Below, one piece after another: positions 53,605-61,747 of a DNA stretch of 61,747 nucleotides. How positions within the stretch are numbered: the stretch's first letter is position 1; the number at the start of each line of letters is the position of its first letter. This DNA is from Faecousia sp. (GTDB lineage Bacteria; Bacillota; Clostridia; Oscillospirales; Oscillospiraceae): the NCBI GenBank assembly GCA_045601715.1, contig JAZSAD010000093.1, positions 1-61,747 on the forward strand, read 5' to 3'. The notes beneath the pieces were generated by a model. The model saw only the letters and a program-made list of their open reading frames with translations. It had not been told where the DNA came from and ran no database searches. Made by a program: the position numbers and the translations under genes.

Positions 53605-54666
53605 TTAATATGCTTCTGTAATCGTACCGCCGCCCACGATCATATCGCCTTGGTACAGAACAACTGTCTGTCCCGGTGTCACTGCCCGCTGGGGGGTGTC
53701 AAATACCACCCGGGCATAGCCGTTTTCCTCGGGATAAACTGTAGCGGATTGGGGAATGTGACGGCTGCGTGCCTTGGCCATCACCTGCATTGGCTTGGTG
53801 AGGGCAGGGAAGGGGAACCAGTTCCAATCTTTTGCAATGAGTGTACCGGTATATAAAGCCTCCTCCGGTCCCACGGTCACGGTGTTGCGTTCCATATCCT
53901 TGCTGCACACATAGACAGGTTCGCCCATAGCCAAACCCAGGCCTTTCCGCTGACCAAGGGTATAGCGGATCGCACCGCCGTGCTTGCCCACAGGATTGCC
54001 CTGCAGATCCAGAAAATTGCCTTCGGGGTATTCTTTGCCGGTGTACCGGCAGATGAATCCCATAAAATCCCCGTCGGGGATAAAGCAGATGTCCTGACTG
54101 TCCTTTTTCTTGGCGGTGAGGAAACCCTGTTGTTCTGCAATCTCCCGAATTTCCGCTTTGGTAAAACCACCAAGAGGGAACCTGATACGGGAAAGCTGAT
54201 GCTGATTGAGACAGGCTAAGAAATAGGATTGATCCTTAGCCTCGTCTGCTGCCTTATACAATAAATACCGCCCGGTATCCTTGTCCTGCTTTACTTGTGC
54301 ATAGTGTCCGGTAACAATATAGTCACAGCCTAACTCCAGCGCCTGATCCAATAGATAAGAGAACTTGATATGCCGGTTGCATACCACACAGGGATTGGGC
54401 GTCAGCCCCTGTTCATAACAGGAAATGAAATCCCCCACCACTGCAGACTTGAAAGCATCCACCGCATCAAACACGTGAAATTCCATTCCCAGCCGCTGGG
54501 CAACCGCTCTTGCGTCCTCAATAGCTTGCCGGCTAAATGCATCCCCTAAAATGGCTTGGTCGCACATCTGGGCTGTGCCACCGATACAGGCAAATCCCTC
54601 TTTTTGGGTGAGGTATGCCGCAACGGAGCTGTCCACACCACCGCTCATAGCAATGAAAGCCTTCAT
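53605..54666 (-). CDS. mnmA: tRNA 2-thiouridine(34) synthase MnmA
   Basis: AMSGGVDSS, PNPCVVCN, TGHYA, KDQSYFL, DSQDICF and YTLGQRKG. Confidence 0.96.
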   Translation of the reverse strand: MKAFIAMSGGVDSSVAAYLTQKEGFACIGGTAQMCDQAILGDAFSRQAIEDARAVAQRLGMEFHVFDAVDAFKSAVVGDFISCYEQGLTPNPCVVCNRHIKFSYLLDQALELGCDYIVTGHYAQVKQDKDTGRYLLYKAADEAKDQSYFLACLNQHQLSRIRFPLGGFTKAEIREIAEQQGFLTAKKKDSQDICFIPDGDFMGFICRYTGKEYPEGNFLDLQGNPVGKHGGAIRYTLGQRKGLGLAMGEPVYVCSKDMERNTVTVGPEEALYTGTLIAKDWNWFPFPALTKPMQVMAKARSRHIPQSATVYPEENGYARVVFDTPQRAVTPGQTVVLYQGDMIVGGGTITEAY

Positions 54667-54881
54667 ATGACATACCTCCTTCAAAATTATGCGCTTATGA
54701 TATCACAGAATCAGAAAAAATGCAACGGAGCGGCAGTGTAAATGAAATAGAAAAATTATGTAAACCAAGCAAAACAACAAATAATTGGAAAAATATGGAA
54801 TAAACCATCAGAAAATGTAAAAACTGACAACATTTTGTCGGTCAAAATGGTAACAAACGTGTAATAAAAGGGAAAATAGGG

Positions 54882-54910
54882 TTGCAATAACACAGAAATT
54901 CTGTTATAAT
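54882..54910 (+). promoter_or_regulatory. sigma-A promoter (extended -10)
   Basis: TTGCAA-17-TATAAT with TG. Confidence 0.7.
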
Positions 54911-54943
54911 ATGCTGGCAATGATATGGAAAGGAGCAAAATTG

Positions 54944-57055
54944 GTGAAAAAACGAATTATCAGTTTTTTGATTGCGATCATCATGGTGCTTGGTTTTGCG
55001 CCGGTTGGGGTTGTTCCCGTCCGGGCTGAGCAGACCGTTCCCACCGCAACGGAAGAAACAGTTCCCGCTGTTACAGATGAAACCGTTCCTGTGGTTACCG
55101 AACCGTCTATTCTCGCAGCCAGCGCTGATTGTTTAAGTGTCCTGAAAGCCGAAGAAGGCTTCAGCAGAACACCTTATTGGGACTTCACCCAGTATACCGT
55201 AGGCTACGGTACCCGGTGTCCCGACGATATGGTTGAATACTATACCCAGAACGGTATCACAGAGGCAGAAGCAGAAACCCTGCTTCGTAACCATTTGGCA
55301 GGTGTAGAGCGTGATATTCACATAAAGGTTATGGATAAGTACGGTCTTACCCTGACCCAGAATCAGTTTGATGCCCTTGTGCTGTTCTCCTACAACTGTG
55401 GTACTGCCTGGGCCTATGAAACAAACGGTACATTCCATCAGGCAATTGTTACCGGCGCAACCGGTAACGATCTGATTCGCGCGTTTGCCCTGTGGTGCAG
55501 CGCAGGCGGTCAGATTCGTACATTTTTGCTGCGTCGCAGACTGAGTGAAGCCAATATGTACTTAAATGCCCAGTACAGCAAAACACCCCCTGAGAATTAC
55601 TGCTACGTACTGTATGATGCCAATGGCGGTACTTCCAGTCCCCGCAGCCAGGGTTACGATTCCAACCTGACTGCAACCCCGTTCCCTGTGGCCACTATGG
55701 AGGGTTACACCTTCCAGGGCTGGTTTACAGCCAAGTCCGGCGGCACAAAGGTAACGGTACTGGACGCATCCACCAAGAGCGCAACTTTGTACGCTCAGTG
55801 GGCAGATGCTTCCGGCAATAAGCCTCCCGAGACCGGCGCAACCACCCAGAATCCCATTACTATTACTGTAACCGGTACGGATGTAAACCTCCGTCAAGGC
55901 CCCGGCACCAACTACACCCGTGTGGGCGTTGCCAACAAGGGTCAGCAGTTTGTGATTACAGAAACTGCCTCCGGCAGCGGTTATACCTGGGGTAAGTTTG
56001 ACGGCGGCTGGATTGCCCTGCAGTATACCAACTACGATTCTGTAGTCAACCAAAAACCGGAAACAAAGCCGGAAGAGACCACACCTCCTGCCACCCAGCC
56101 CCCCGCAACCGAACCTCCCGCAACGGAGCCTCCTGCCACCCAGCCTCCTGCCACCCAGCCGGAGCAGCCTAAGGTTACCGGTACTATTAACGTACAGGAG
56201 TGGCTCCGTGTCCGCAGCGGTCCCGGCACATCCTACTCTGTTGTAGGTTACCTGAAACCCCAGCAGAAAGTGGAGATTCTGGAACAGTCTACTGTGGGCT
56301 CTATGAAATGGGGCAAGATCGCCGAAGGCTGGATCAGTATGGACTATGTCATTCTGGACAGCAACGGCTCTTCCAATAACAATAATGCTACTGCCAACAC
56401 CTGGACAGGTAAGGTCATTGCCGATGAGCTGCTGATTCGCAGCGGCCCCGGCACCAACTACTCTATCTTGGGTTACCTGACCGAGGGTACGGCAGTTACC
56501 GTTACTGAAAAACGCAGCGGCGGCGCTCTGGAATGGGGCAAGATTGATAGGGGTTGGATTTGTCTGAATTATGTGCAGCTTAGCGGCAATGTCACAACCA
56601 CCCCCAGCACCCCCAGCGCTCCCAGCACACCCAGTACGCCTACCACTACCATAACCGGTTACGCCAATGTGCAGGACTGGCTGCGTATTCGTACCGGCCC
56701 CGGCACCAACTACGAAATTGCCGGTTTCCTGGGTCCCAGAGAAAAGGTCACCATCACCGAGCGAAAGAAGGTAGGCGGTGTAGAGTGGGGCAAGATTGCC
56801 AACGGTTGGGTTTCTATGGAATACATCGTCATTGAATCCTCCGGCAGCACCTCTACAACCCCTGCGCAGCCTGTTACCAAAACCATCGTAGCGGATTGCC
56901 TCCGTGTCCGTCAGGGCGCAGGCACTTCCAACACCATTGTTGGCTTCCTGTACTACGGTACCAAGGTACAGGTTCTGGAAACCAAAACCCTCTCCAATGG
57001 AGAAGTTTGGGGCAGAATCAACAGCGGTTGGATTTCTATGGACTACGCAAAATAA
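54944..57055 (+). CDS. Secreted peptidoglycan hydrolase: GH24 lysozyme + InlB-B-like repeat + 5 SH3b domains
   Basis: Signal peptide; EGFSRTPYWD..YTVGYG, LTQNQFDALVLFSYNCG and RRRLSEA; YDANGG...GYTFQGW; five LR(V/I)RxGPGT...WGK..GW-type repeats. Confidence 0.88.
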   Translation: MKKRIISFLIAIIMVLGFAPVGVVPVRAEQTVPTATEETVPAVTDETVPVVTEPSILAASADCLSVLKAEEGFSRTPYWDFTQYTVGYGTRCPDDMVEYYTQNGITEAEAETLLRNHLAGVERDIHIKVMDKYGLTLTQNQFDALVLFSYNCGTAWAYETNGTFHQAIVTGATGNDLIRAFALWCSAGGQIRTFLLRRRLSEANMYLNAQYSKTPPENYCYVLYDANGGTSSPRSQGYDSNLTATPFPVATMEGYTFQGWFTAKSGGTKVTVLDASTKSATLYAQWADASGNKPPETGATTQNPITITVTGTDVNLRQGPGTNYTRVGVANKGQQFVITETASGSGYTWGKFDGGWIALQYTNYDSVVNQKPETKPEETTPPATQPPATEPPATEPPATQPPATQPEQPKVTGTINVQEWLRVRSGPGTSYSVVGYLKPQQKVEILEQSTVGSMKWGKIAEGWISMDYVILDSNGSSNNNNATANTWTGKVIADELLIRSGPGTNYSILGYLTEGTAVTVTEKRSGGALEWGKIDRGWICLNYVQLSGNVTTTPSTPSAPSTPSTPTTTITGYANVQDWLRIRTGPGTNYEIAGFLGPREKVTITERKKVGGVEWGKIANGWVSMEYIVIESSGSTSTTPAQPVTKTIVADCLRVRQGAGTSNTIVGFLYYGTKVQVLETKTLSNGEVWGRINSGWISMDYAK
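56084..56158 (+). repeat. 15-bp coding tandem repeat (PPATQ/PPATE x5)
   Basis: CCTCCTGCCACCCAG-like units forming a Pro/Thr linker. Confidence 0.8.
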
Positions 57056-57060
57056 AAATC

Positions 57061-57093
57061 AATGACCACCGAGCAATCGGTGGTCATTTTTTT
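57061..57093 (+). terminator. Intrinsic terminator
   Basis: AATGACCACCGA-GCAA-TCGGTGGTCATT followed by a T-tract. Confidence 0.85.
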
Positions 57094-57111
57094 GAAAAGA
57101 TATTACAAACA

Positions 57112-57138
57112 AAAAACGGCGTTGCTTAGCAACGCCGT
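57112..57138 (-). terminator. Terminator after rpmB
   Basis: ACGGCGTTGC-TTA-GCAACGCCGT with an A-tract on the left (T-tract on the minus strand). Confidence 0.75.
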
Positions 57139-57156
57139 AATTTAATGCAGGGGGAA

Positions 57157-57345
57157 TTAGATAGCCCGCTCAACCTTGTTGGAACGGAGGCATCTGGTAC
57201 AAGCGTACACATGGCACGGAGTACCGTTAACAACGGCCTTGACCCGCTTAACGTTGGGCTTCCAAGTCCGGTTGGAACGTCTGTGGGAGTGGGAAACCTT
57301 AATACCGAAGGTAACGCCCTTGCCACAATAATCACACTTCGCCAT
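57157..57345 (-). CDS. rpmB: 50S ribosomal protein L28
   Basis: MAKCDYCGKGVTFGIKVSHSHRRSNRTWKPNV...CTRCLRS. Confidence 0.96.
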   Translation of the reverse strand: MAKCDYCGKGVTFGIKVSHSHRRSNRTWKPNVKRVKAVVNGTPCHVYACTRCLRSNKVERAI

Positions 57346-57542
57346 ACTACTGCACCTCCTATCTGCATAATAAAAATCAAAATTGGTTGCGCCCAAAACA
57401 CGCGCTTAGATATGATAGCAGAGTTTCTCCCAAAAAGCAAGTCTTTTTTTGTATTTTTTTTCGTTTTTTAAAATATTGTTGCTATTTGGGCCTGTGCCAG
57501 TTATAATATTTGCAAGAATACCAAAAAGGAGGCGTGGTATGC

Positions 57543-58481
57543 GTGTTTCATGTTTATAGTGTGCCCCTTACCACTTTGGTAAAGGAGTTTGAACTGGAAG
57601 TGGCCTATCAGGCAAGTGATTATGAATCCATTCAACTCACCGTTGCGGACGTGGCAAGACCCGGTCTGCAGCTGGCAGGCTATTTTGACCACTTTGAGCC
57701 TATGCGTCTGCAGGTTATGGGCAATGTGGAAATCAGCTATTTGCAAAAGCTGTCTGCCACAGAACGGTATGTGACAATGGACCGCTACTATGCCTATAAG
57801 TTCCCGGCATTGCTGGTAACCCGCTATAATCCCCTGGATTCCGTTTGCCTGGAATTGGCGCAGAAGCATGATATCACCATTCTTCGCACCAAGGAAACCA
57901 CCAGCAATACTGTTTCCGCTATCATTGCCTACCTGTCTGCAGTTCTCGCCCCCAGAATTACCCGTCACGGCGTTCTGATGGAAGTCTACGGCGAAGGCAT
58001 CCTGCTGACTGGTGACAGCGGTATGGGTAAAAGTGAGGCGGCCATAGAGCTGCTCAAGCGCGGACACCGTATGATTGCCGACGATGCTGTGGAAATCCGT
58101 AAGGTCTCCGGCAGTAAGCTCATCGGTAATGCCCCGGAGCTGATTCGTAATTACGTGGAACTGCGTGGCATCGGTATCGTGAACGTGGCGAAGCTGTTCG
58201 GTATGGGCGCCGTCAAGGCAGAGAATGAAATTGACCTGGTTGTCAATATCGTTCCATGGAAAGAACATGAGGCATACGACCGCCTGGGGCTGGAGGAACA
58301 CCATATGGAAATTCTGGGCGTCCAGGTACCTGTGTACACCATTCCCATCACCCCCGGTCGAAACCTTGCGGTGATTTTGGAGGTTGCGGCTATGAACAAC
58401 CGTCAGCGAAAGATGGGCTACAACCCTGCCAAGGAATTCACCGAGCAGATGGACAACCATTTCAGCCAAAATATCCTGTGA
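57543..58481 (+). CDS. hprK: HPr(Ser) kinase/phosphatase
   Basis: RPGLQLAGYF, GDSGMGKSE, IADDAVEI, ELRGIGI and PGRNLAVILEVAAMN; start estimated at GTG 57543. Confidence 0.95.
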   Translation: MFHVYSVPLTTLVKEFELEVAYQASDYESIQLTVADVARPGLQLAGYFDHFEPMRLQVMGNVEISYLQKLSATERYVTMDRYYAYKFPALLVTRYNPLDSVCLELAQKHDITILRTKETTSNTVSAIIAYLSAVLAPRITRHGVLMEVYGEGILLTGDSGMGKSEAAIELLKRGHRMIADDAVEIRKVSGSKLIGNAPELIRNYVELRGIGIVNVAKLFGMGAVKAENEIDLVVNIVPWKEHEAYDRLGLEEHHMEILGVQVPVYTIPITPGRNLAVILEVAAMNNRQRKMGYNPAKEFTEQMDNHFSQNIL

Positions 58482-58496
58482 TTTTCGGAGTCGTAA

Positions 58497-59462
58497 ATGA
58501 AGGAATTTACCATTGGCCCTAACGACAGCGGTCAGCGGCTGGACCGGTTTTTAAGCAAGGCCGTGCCGCTGCTTCCGGCATCGCTGGCGCAAAAGTATAT
58601 TCGCATCAAGCGAATTAAGCTCAACGGCGCTCGGGCGGAGCGGGACAGCCGCCTGCAGACGGGCGATGTTCTGCAGCTGTATATCAACGACGAGTTCTTT
58701 GAAAAACCCCGGGAGGATAACGCCTACCTGACCGTGGCGACTCCCAAGCTGAACATCGTCTATGAGGACGAGAATATCCTCTTGGCGGATAAGCGACCGG
58801 GCTTGGCGGTACACCCCCACGACGGCGCGGAGTACGGCAGAACTCTCATCGATCATATTCAAGCCTACCTCTACCAAAAACGGGAATGGAGTCCAAGAGG
58901 GGAGAACTCCTTTGCCCCCGCCCTATGTAACCGCATCGACCGGAACACCGGCGGTATCGTGATTGCCGCCAAAAACGCCGAAACCCTGCGGATTCTCAAT
59001 CAGAAAATTAAGGACAGGGAGCTGGACAAGCGGTATCTGGCGATCGTAGAGGGAACACCCGAGCCTGCCAAAGGCAGCCTGAAAGGCTACCTGTTCAAGG
59101 ATGCGAAGAAGAATCGGGTCTTCGTCACCGATACCCCCCAAACCGGCGCAAAAACCTGCCAGACCAATTATAAGGTGCTGGGCAGCAATCAGGGACTATC
59201 CTTGGTGGAATGCGAGCTGATTACCGGTCGAACCCATCAGATCCGCGCCCAGTTTGCCCACGCAGGCCACCCTCTGTTAGGCGATGGCAAATACGGCAAG
59301 CTGAATAAGAATTTTGACCGCACCTATCAGGCGCTCTATTCCTATAAGCTGACCTTCCAATTCACCACCGATGCCGGCTGCTTGGAATACTTAAACGGCA
59401 AAAGCTTCCAGGTAGAACAGGTAGACTTTGCAAAGGAATATTTCCCCAACGTAAAGATATAA
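58497..59462 (+). CDS. RluA-family pseudouridine synthase (S4 domain)
   Basis: QRLDRFL, NRIDRNTGG, TGRTHQIRAQ and GHPLLGDGKYG. Confidence 0.94.
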   Translation: MKEFTIGPNDSGQRLDRFLSKAVPLLPASLAQKYIRIKRIKLNGARAERDSRLQTGDVLQLYINDEFFEKPREDNAYLTVATPKLNIVYEDENILLADKRPGLAVHPHDGAEYGRTLIDHIQAYLYQKREWSPRGENSFAPALCNRIDRNTGGIVIAAKNAETLRILNQKIKDRELDKRYLAIVEGTPEPAKGSLKGYLFKDAKKNRVFVTDTPQTGAKTCQTNYKVLGSNQGLSLVECELITGRTHQIRAQFAHAGHPLLGDGKYGKLNKNFDRTYQALYSYKLTFQFTTDAGCLEYLNGKSFQVEQVDFAKEYFPNVKI

Positions 59463-59464
59463 TA

Positions 59465-59493
59465 AAAGCCCTCCCTGGATCAGGGAGGGCTTT
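59465..59493. terminator. Bidirectional terminator
   Basis: AAAGCCCTCCCTG-GAT-CAGGGAGGGCTTT. Confidence 0.8.
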
Positions 59494-59503
59494 GTGTCGG
59501 TTA

Positions 59504-59686
59504 TTAACCTTCAAAATCCACTGCTTCGCAGCAGTCGTCAAAATCCTCGTCGGTGCAATCTTCCCAGCAGATGTTGCTCATCAGGCCTCTTGCCCAAGCG
59601 ACAATCTTCTCACCGTAGGTTGCGATTACATACACAACACCGGCAATCGCTGCCAACGCAGCCAATACTTTCCATACAGTTTTCAT
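59504..59686 (-). CDS. 60-aa small single-TM protein with acidic Cys-containing tail
   Basis: AGGAGG RBS; MKTVWKVLAALAAIAGVVYVIATYG...CWEDCTDEDFDDCCEAVDFEG. Confidence 0.7.
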   Translation of the reverse strand: MKTVWKVLAALAAIAGVVYVIATYGEKIVAWARGLMSNICWEDCTDEDFDDCCEAVDFEG

Positions 59687-59755
59687 AATATAACCTCCTG
59701 TCAAGATTATTCTACTTTCAGTATAACCAATAAAACGGGAAAAAGCAATAAAAAT

Positions 59756-60547
59756 TTATAAATATCCGTACATTCCCCGGACGCTGACCTCTCCGCTTGC
59801 GACAATTTTTTTGCTGCCGTCAGCAAAACGCACCAACAGGCCGCCGTCCTCGTCCAAATCCACCGCAATGCCATAATTTACGGAATCACCCTGTATCACT
59901 TTGATTTCTTTGCCCAGGGTAATGCAGTGCCGGCGATAGGTGTCCATCATCGTTTGCTTGCCGGTGAGAAGTGTTTTGTCCATTTCGTATAGCGCTTCTA
60001 CCAATGTAGCGGTCAGCTTGGCAGCGGTACAAATCTTTTTGGAAATCTCGTGGACAGAGGTAACGGTATCTTGTAATTCCGCAGGAAAATCCGCTGCTTT
60101 TTCACAGTTGATACCGATGCCGATAATGGCATAATCTACATTTCCTGCGCCGTCAAGACCCAGTTCTGTGAGAATTCCACCCAGTTTTTTCTTGCCGCAA
60201 ACCAAATCGTTGGTCCATTTGATATCCGGGCAAACGCCGCAGGCCTGCTCCACCGCCTTGCACCCGGCAACTGCAGCAGCACAGGTCAGGTGCATCAGCT
60301 GTTCGGGCGAGCAGTCCGGACGTAAGATCATAGACAAATACACACCGCCGGTGGGAGAGAGAAAGCTTCTGCCCATACGTCCCCGACCACCTGTCTGCAT
60401 ACCTGCAACCAGTACCGTTCCGTGGGCTGCACCGTCTTTTGCCAGTTCCTTGGCTTGGGTGTTGGTAGAATCAATGGTGTCATACCATAACAGAGTGTCC
60501 CGCCAGGGACACTCTGTTGACATTTGGGATAAAATTTCGTTTTTCAT
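59756..60547 (-). CDS. birA: Biotin--[acetyl-CoA-carboxylase] ligase (no N-terminal HTH)
   Basis: DSTN, QTGGRGRMGR, IKWTND, KKLGGILTE and GIGIN. Confidence 0.93.
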   Translation of the reverse strand: MKNEILSQMSTECPWRDTLLWYDTIDSTNTQAKELAKDGAAHGTVLVAGMQTGGRGRMGRSFLSPTGGVYLSMILRPDCSPEQLMHLTCAAAVAGCKAVEQACGVCPDIKWTNDLVCGKKKLGGILTELGLDGAGNVDYAIIGIGINCEKAADFPAELQDTVTSVHEISKKICTAAKLTATLVEALYEMDKTLLTGKQTMMDTYRRHCITLGKEIKVIQGDSVNYGIAVDLDEDGGLLVRFADGSKKIVASGEVSVRGMYGYL

Positions 60548-60550
60548 AGT

Positions 60551-61747
60551 TTAGTCAATGTCAGGCAGTACTTCTTCGGGAGGGGTATCCAACACCTCGG
60601 GGTGGTGGAGAATCCGCTTGTAGTGCTTAAAGAAAGCGGCGTAGTAAAAGCCGTCGGCAATACGCTCATCCATAGTAAACTTAAAGTCCACATATTTCCG
60701 CTGCTCCACAGAGCCGTCCTCCTGCACTTCCAACGCTCTGCGCTTGCAGCCGAAGGAGCAGAAAACAGGCAGATTACCAAAGTCGTACAGATGGTGATAG
60801 ATGGGGGGAATGCCTAAGCTGCCCATAGAGGTGAAGAACACACTGCCGTGGAAAGGACTCAGCTCCAGCAGGAACTTGGGCAGCAGTCCAAAGTAATCCA
60901 TCACCCGCAGCAGCCAAACAGTAAATTTCAGAAATACACCGGGAATCAGCATCAGGGCGTGAGCCAGATTATCAAAGCTGGAATCCAACGGTGTGTTCTT
61001 GACATTCTCGACTGCGTCATTCAGCTTGTTGTAAACATCCTCGGCGGTGTCTGTGGGTGTGAGATGAACCTTGATGACCGTCTCGGGGGAGGTAGAGGTC
61101 ATTTCTTTCTTGACAACCAGACAGAACTGAATGTCGTTGCCGCGCTGGTAAACCTTTTGACCGGCAACAAACCGGTTCAAAGCGGGATACCGGCACAGAG
61201 TGCGGCAGTAGCTTGCCAGCAGTACGTGCATCAGACCGAAGGAGGAAAGTCCCTCCCGCCGCTTCTGACGGATATAGCGCTCAATATTGGTGATTTCAAA
61301 AGATTCGCCGAAGAAGTTCTGGGCTGCGTTTCTTGTCCACATCACATAGGGGGTCACCTGATTCATGGGGGGCTCGGTGCGAATCCGTCGTCCGTCGGTG
61401 CGGTCACCCCAGGTGGGGTGATACTCATGGGAGGGATGAATCCGGATAGCGAATACCACCAGCAGCAGTCCCAAAGTCACCAATGCATCCGGCAGCAGGA
61501 ACTGCAAGGAAGTCCAATCAGCTGCCATAACGATATCACGGTTTAAGTACAAAAGGGCGGCGAAGGGGAAAGCGGCAATCAGCAGAATCAGAGATGTGGC
61601 GGCAACCTTGCCGCAGGAGATCTGTGTGTACAATACTGCGCCGAAAATCATAGCTACCGCAAACAGACCGCTGATGAGGGTGTCAAATTTGCCGAAATCA
61701 TAGCCGATGAATACAAAAGTGTAATAAGCAAACAGCATCCACACAGG
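60551..61747 (-). CDS. Membrane domain fused to CAT/2-oxoacid-dehydrogenase-E2-like acyltransferase domain (5'-truncated)
   Basis: Three or more TM segments, then YPALNRF, GSVFFTSMGSLG and MDERIADG; the frame is open to the window end. Confidence 0.75.
   Translation of the reverse strand, partial: PVWMLFAYYTFVFIGYDFGKFDTLISGLFAVAMIFGAVLYTQISCGKVAATSLILLIAAFPFAALLYLNRDIVMAADWTSLQFLLPDALVTLGLLLVVFAIRIHPSHEYHPTWGDRTDGRRIRTEPPMNQVTPYVMWTRNAAQNFFGESFEITNIERYIRQKRREGLSSFGLMHVLLASYCRTLCRYPALNRFVAGQKVYQRGNDIQFCLVVKKEMTSTSPETVIKVHLTPTDTAEDVYNKLNDAVENVKNTPLDSSFDNLAHALMLIPGVFLKFTVWLLRVMDYFGLLPKFLLELSPFHGSVFFTSMGSLGIPPIYHHLYDFGNLPVFCSFGCKRRALEVQEDGSVEQRKYVDFKFTMDERIADGFYYAAFFKHYKRILHHPEVLDTPPEEVLPDID

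Noticed and set aside
54944-57055. Prophage remnant inferred from the GH24 lysozyme
   Set aside because: There are no holin, structural or integrase genes; the gene has a signal peptide and housekeeping neighbours.

Overview
A 61.7 kb piece of bacterial chromosome. Gene content and Shine-Dalgarno/sigma-A style suggest a gut-type Bacillota/Clostridia, probably Oscillospiraceae-like (inference). It carries core genes (thyA-folA, proS, metK, mutY, yceD-rpmF, der-plsY, mnmA, rpmB, hprK, a RluA-family synthase, birA), three tRNAs (Thr-TGT, Tyr-GTA, Arg-ACG), a Trp T-box, a SAM-I riboswitch, sugar-use loci (AraC/MFS/GH2 and GH29/AraC) and paralog expansions. I found no CRISPR array, transposase, integrase or prophage. 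Three things stand out. (1) The same non-coding cassette of about 220-240 bp sits behind two unrelated tRNA genes 42 kb apart: terminator, an inverted copy of that tRNA's own T-arm, a conserved covarying 82-bp structured core, then a direct repeat of the tRNA 3' end starting at the same T-loop base. It looks like a miniature tRNA-targeting element. (2) The SAM-I riboswitch before metK carries a ~165-nt rod-like hairpin inserted in P3. (3) Three tandem ~900-980 aa membrane-anchored surface proteins with a degenerate GH18-like DGxxxDxE motif follow a GH2/MFS locus. All calls come from reading the sequence by eye; no database searches were run.
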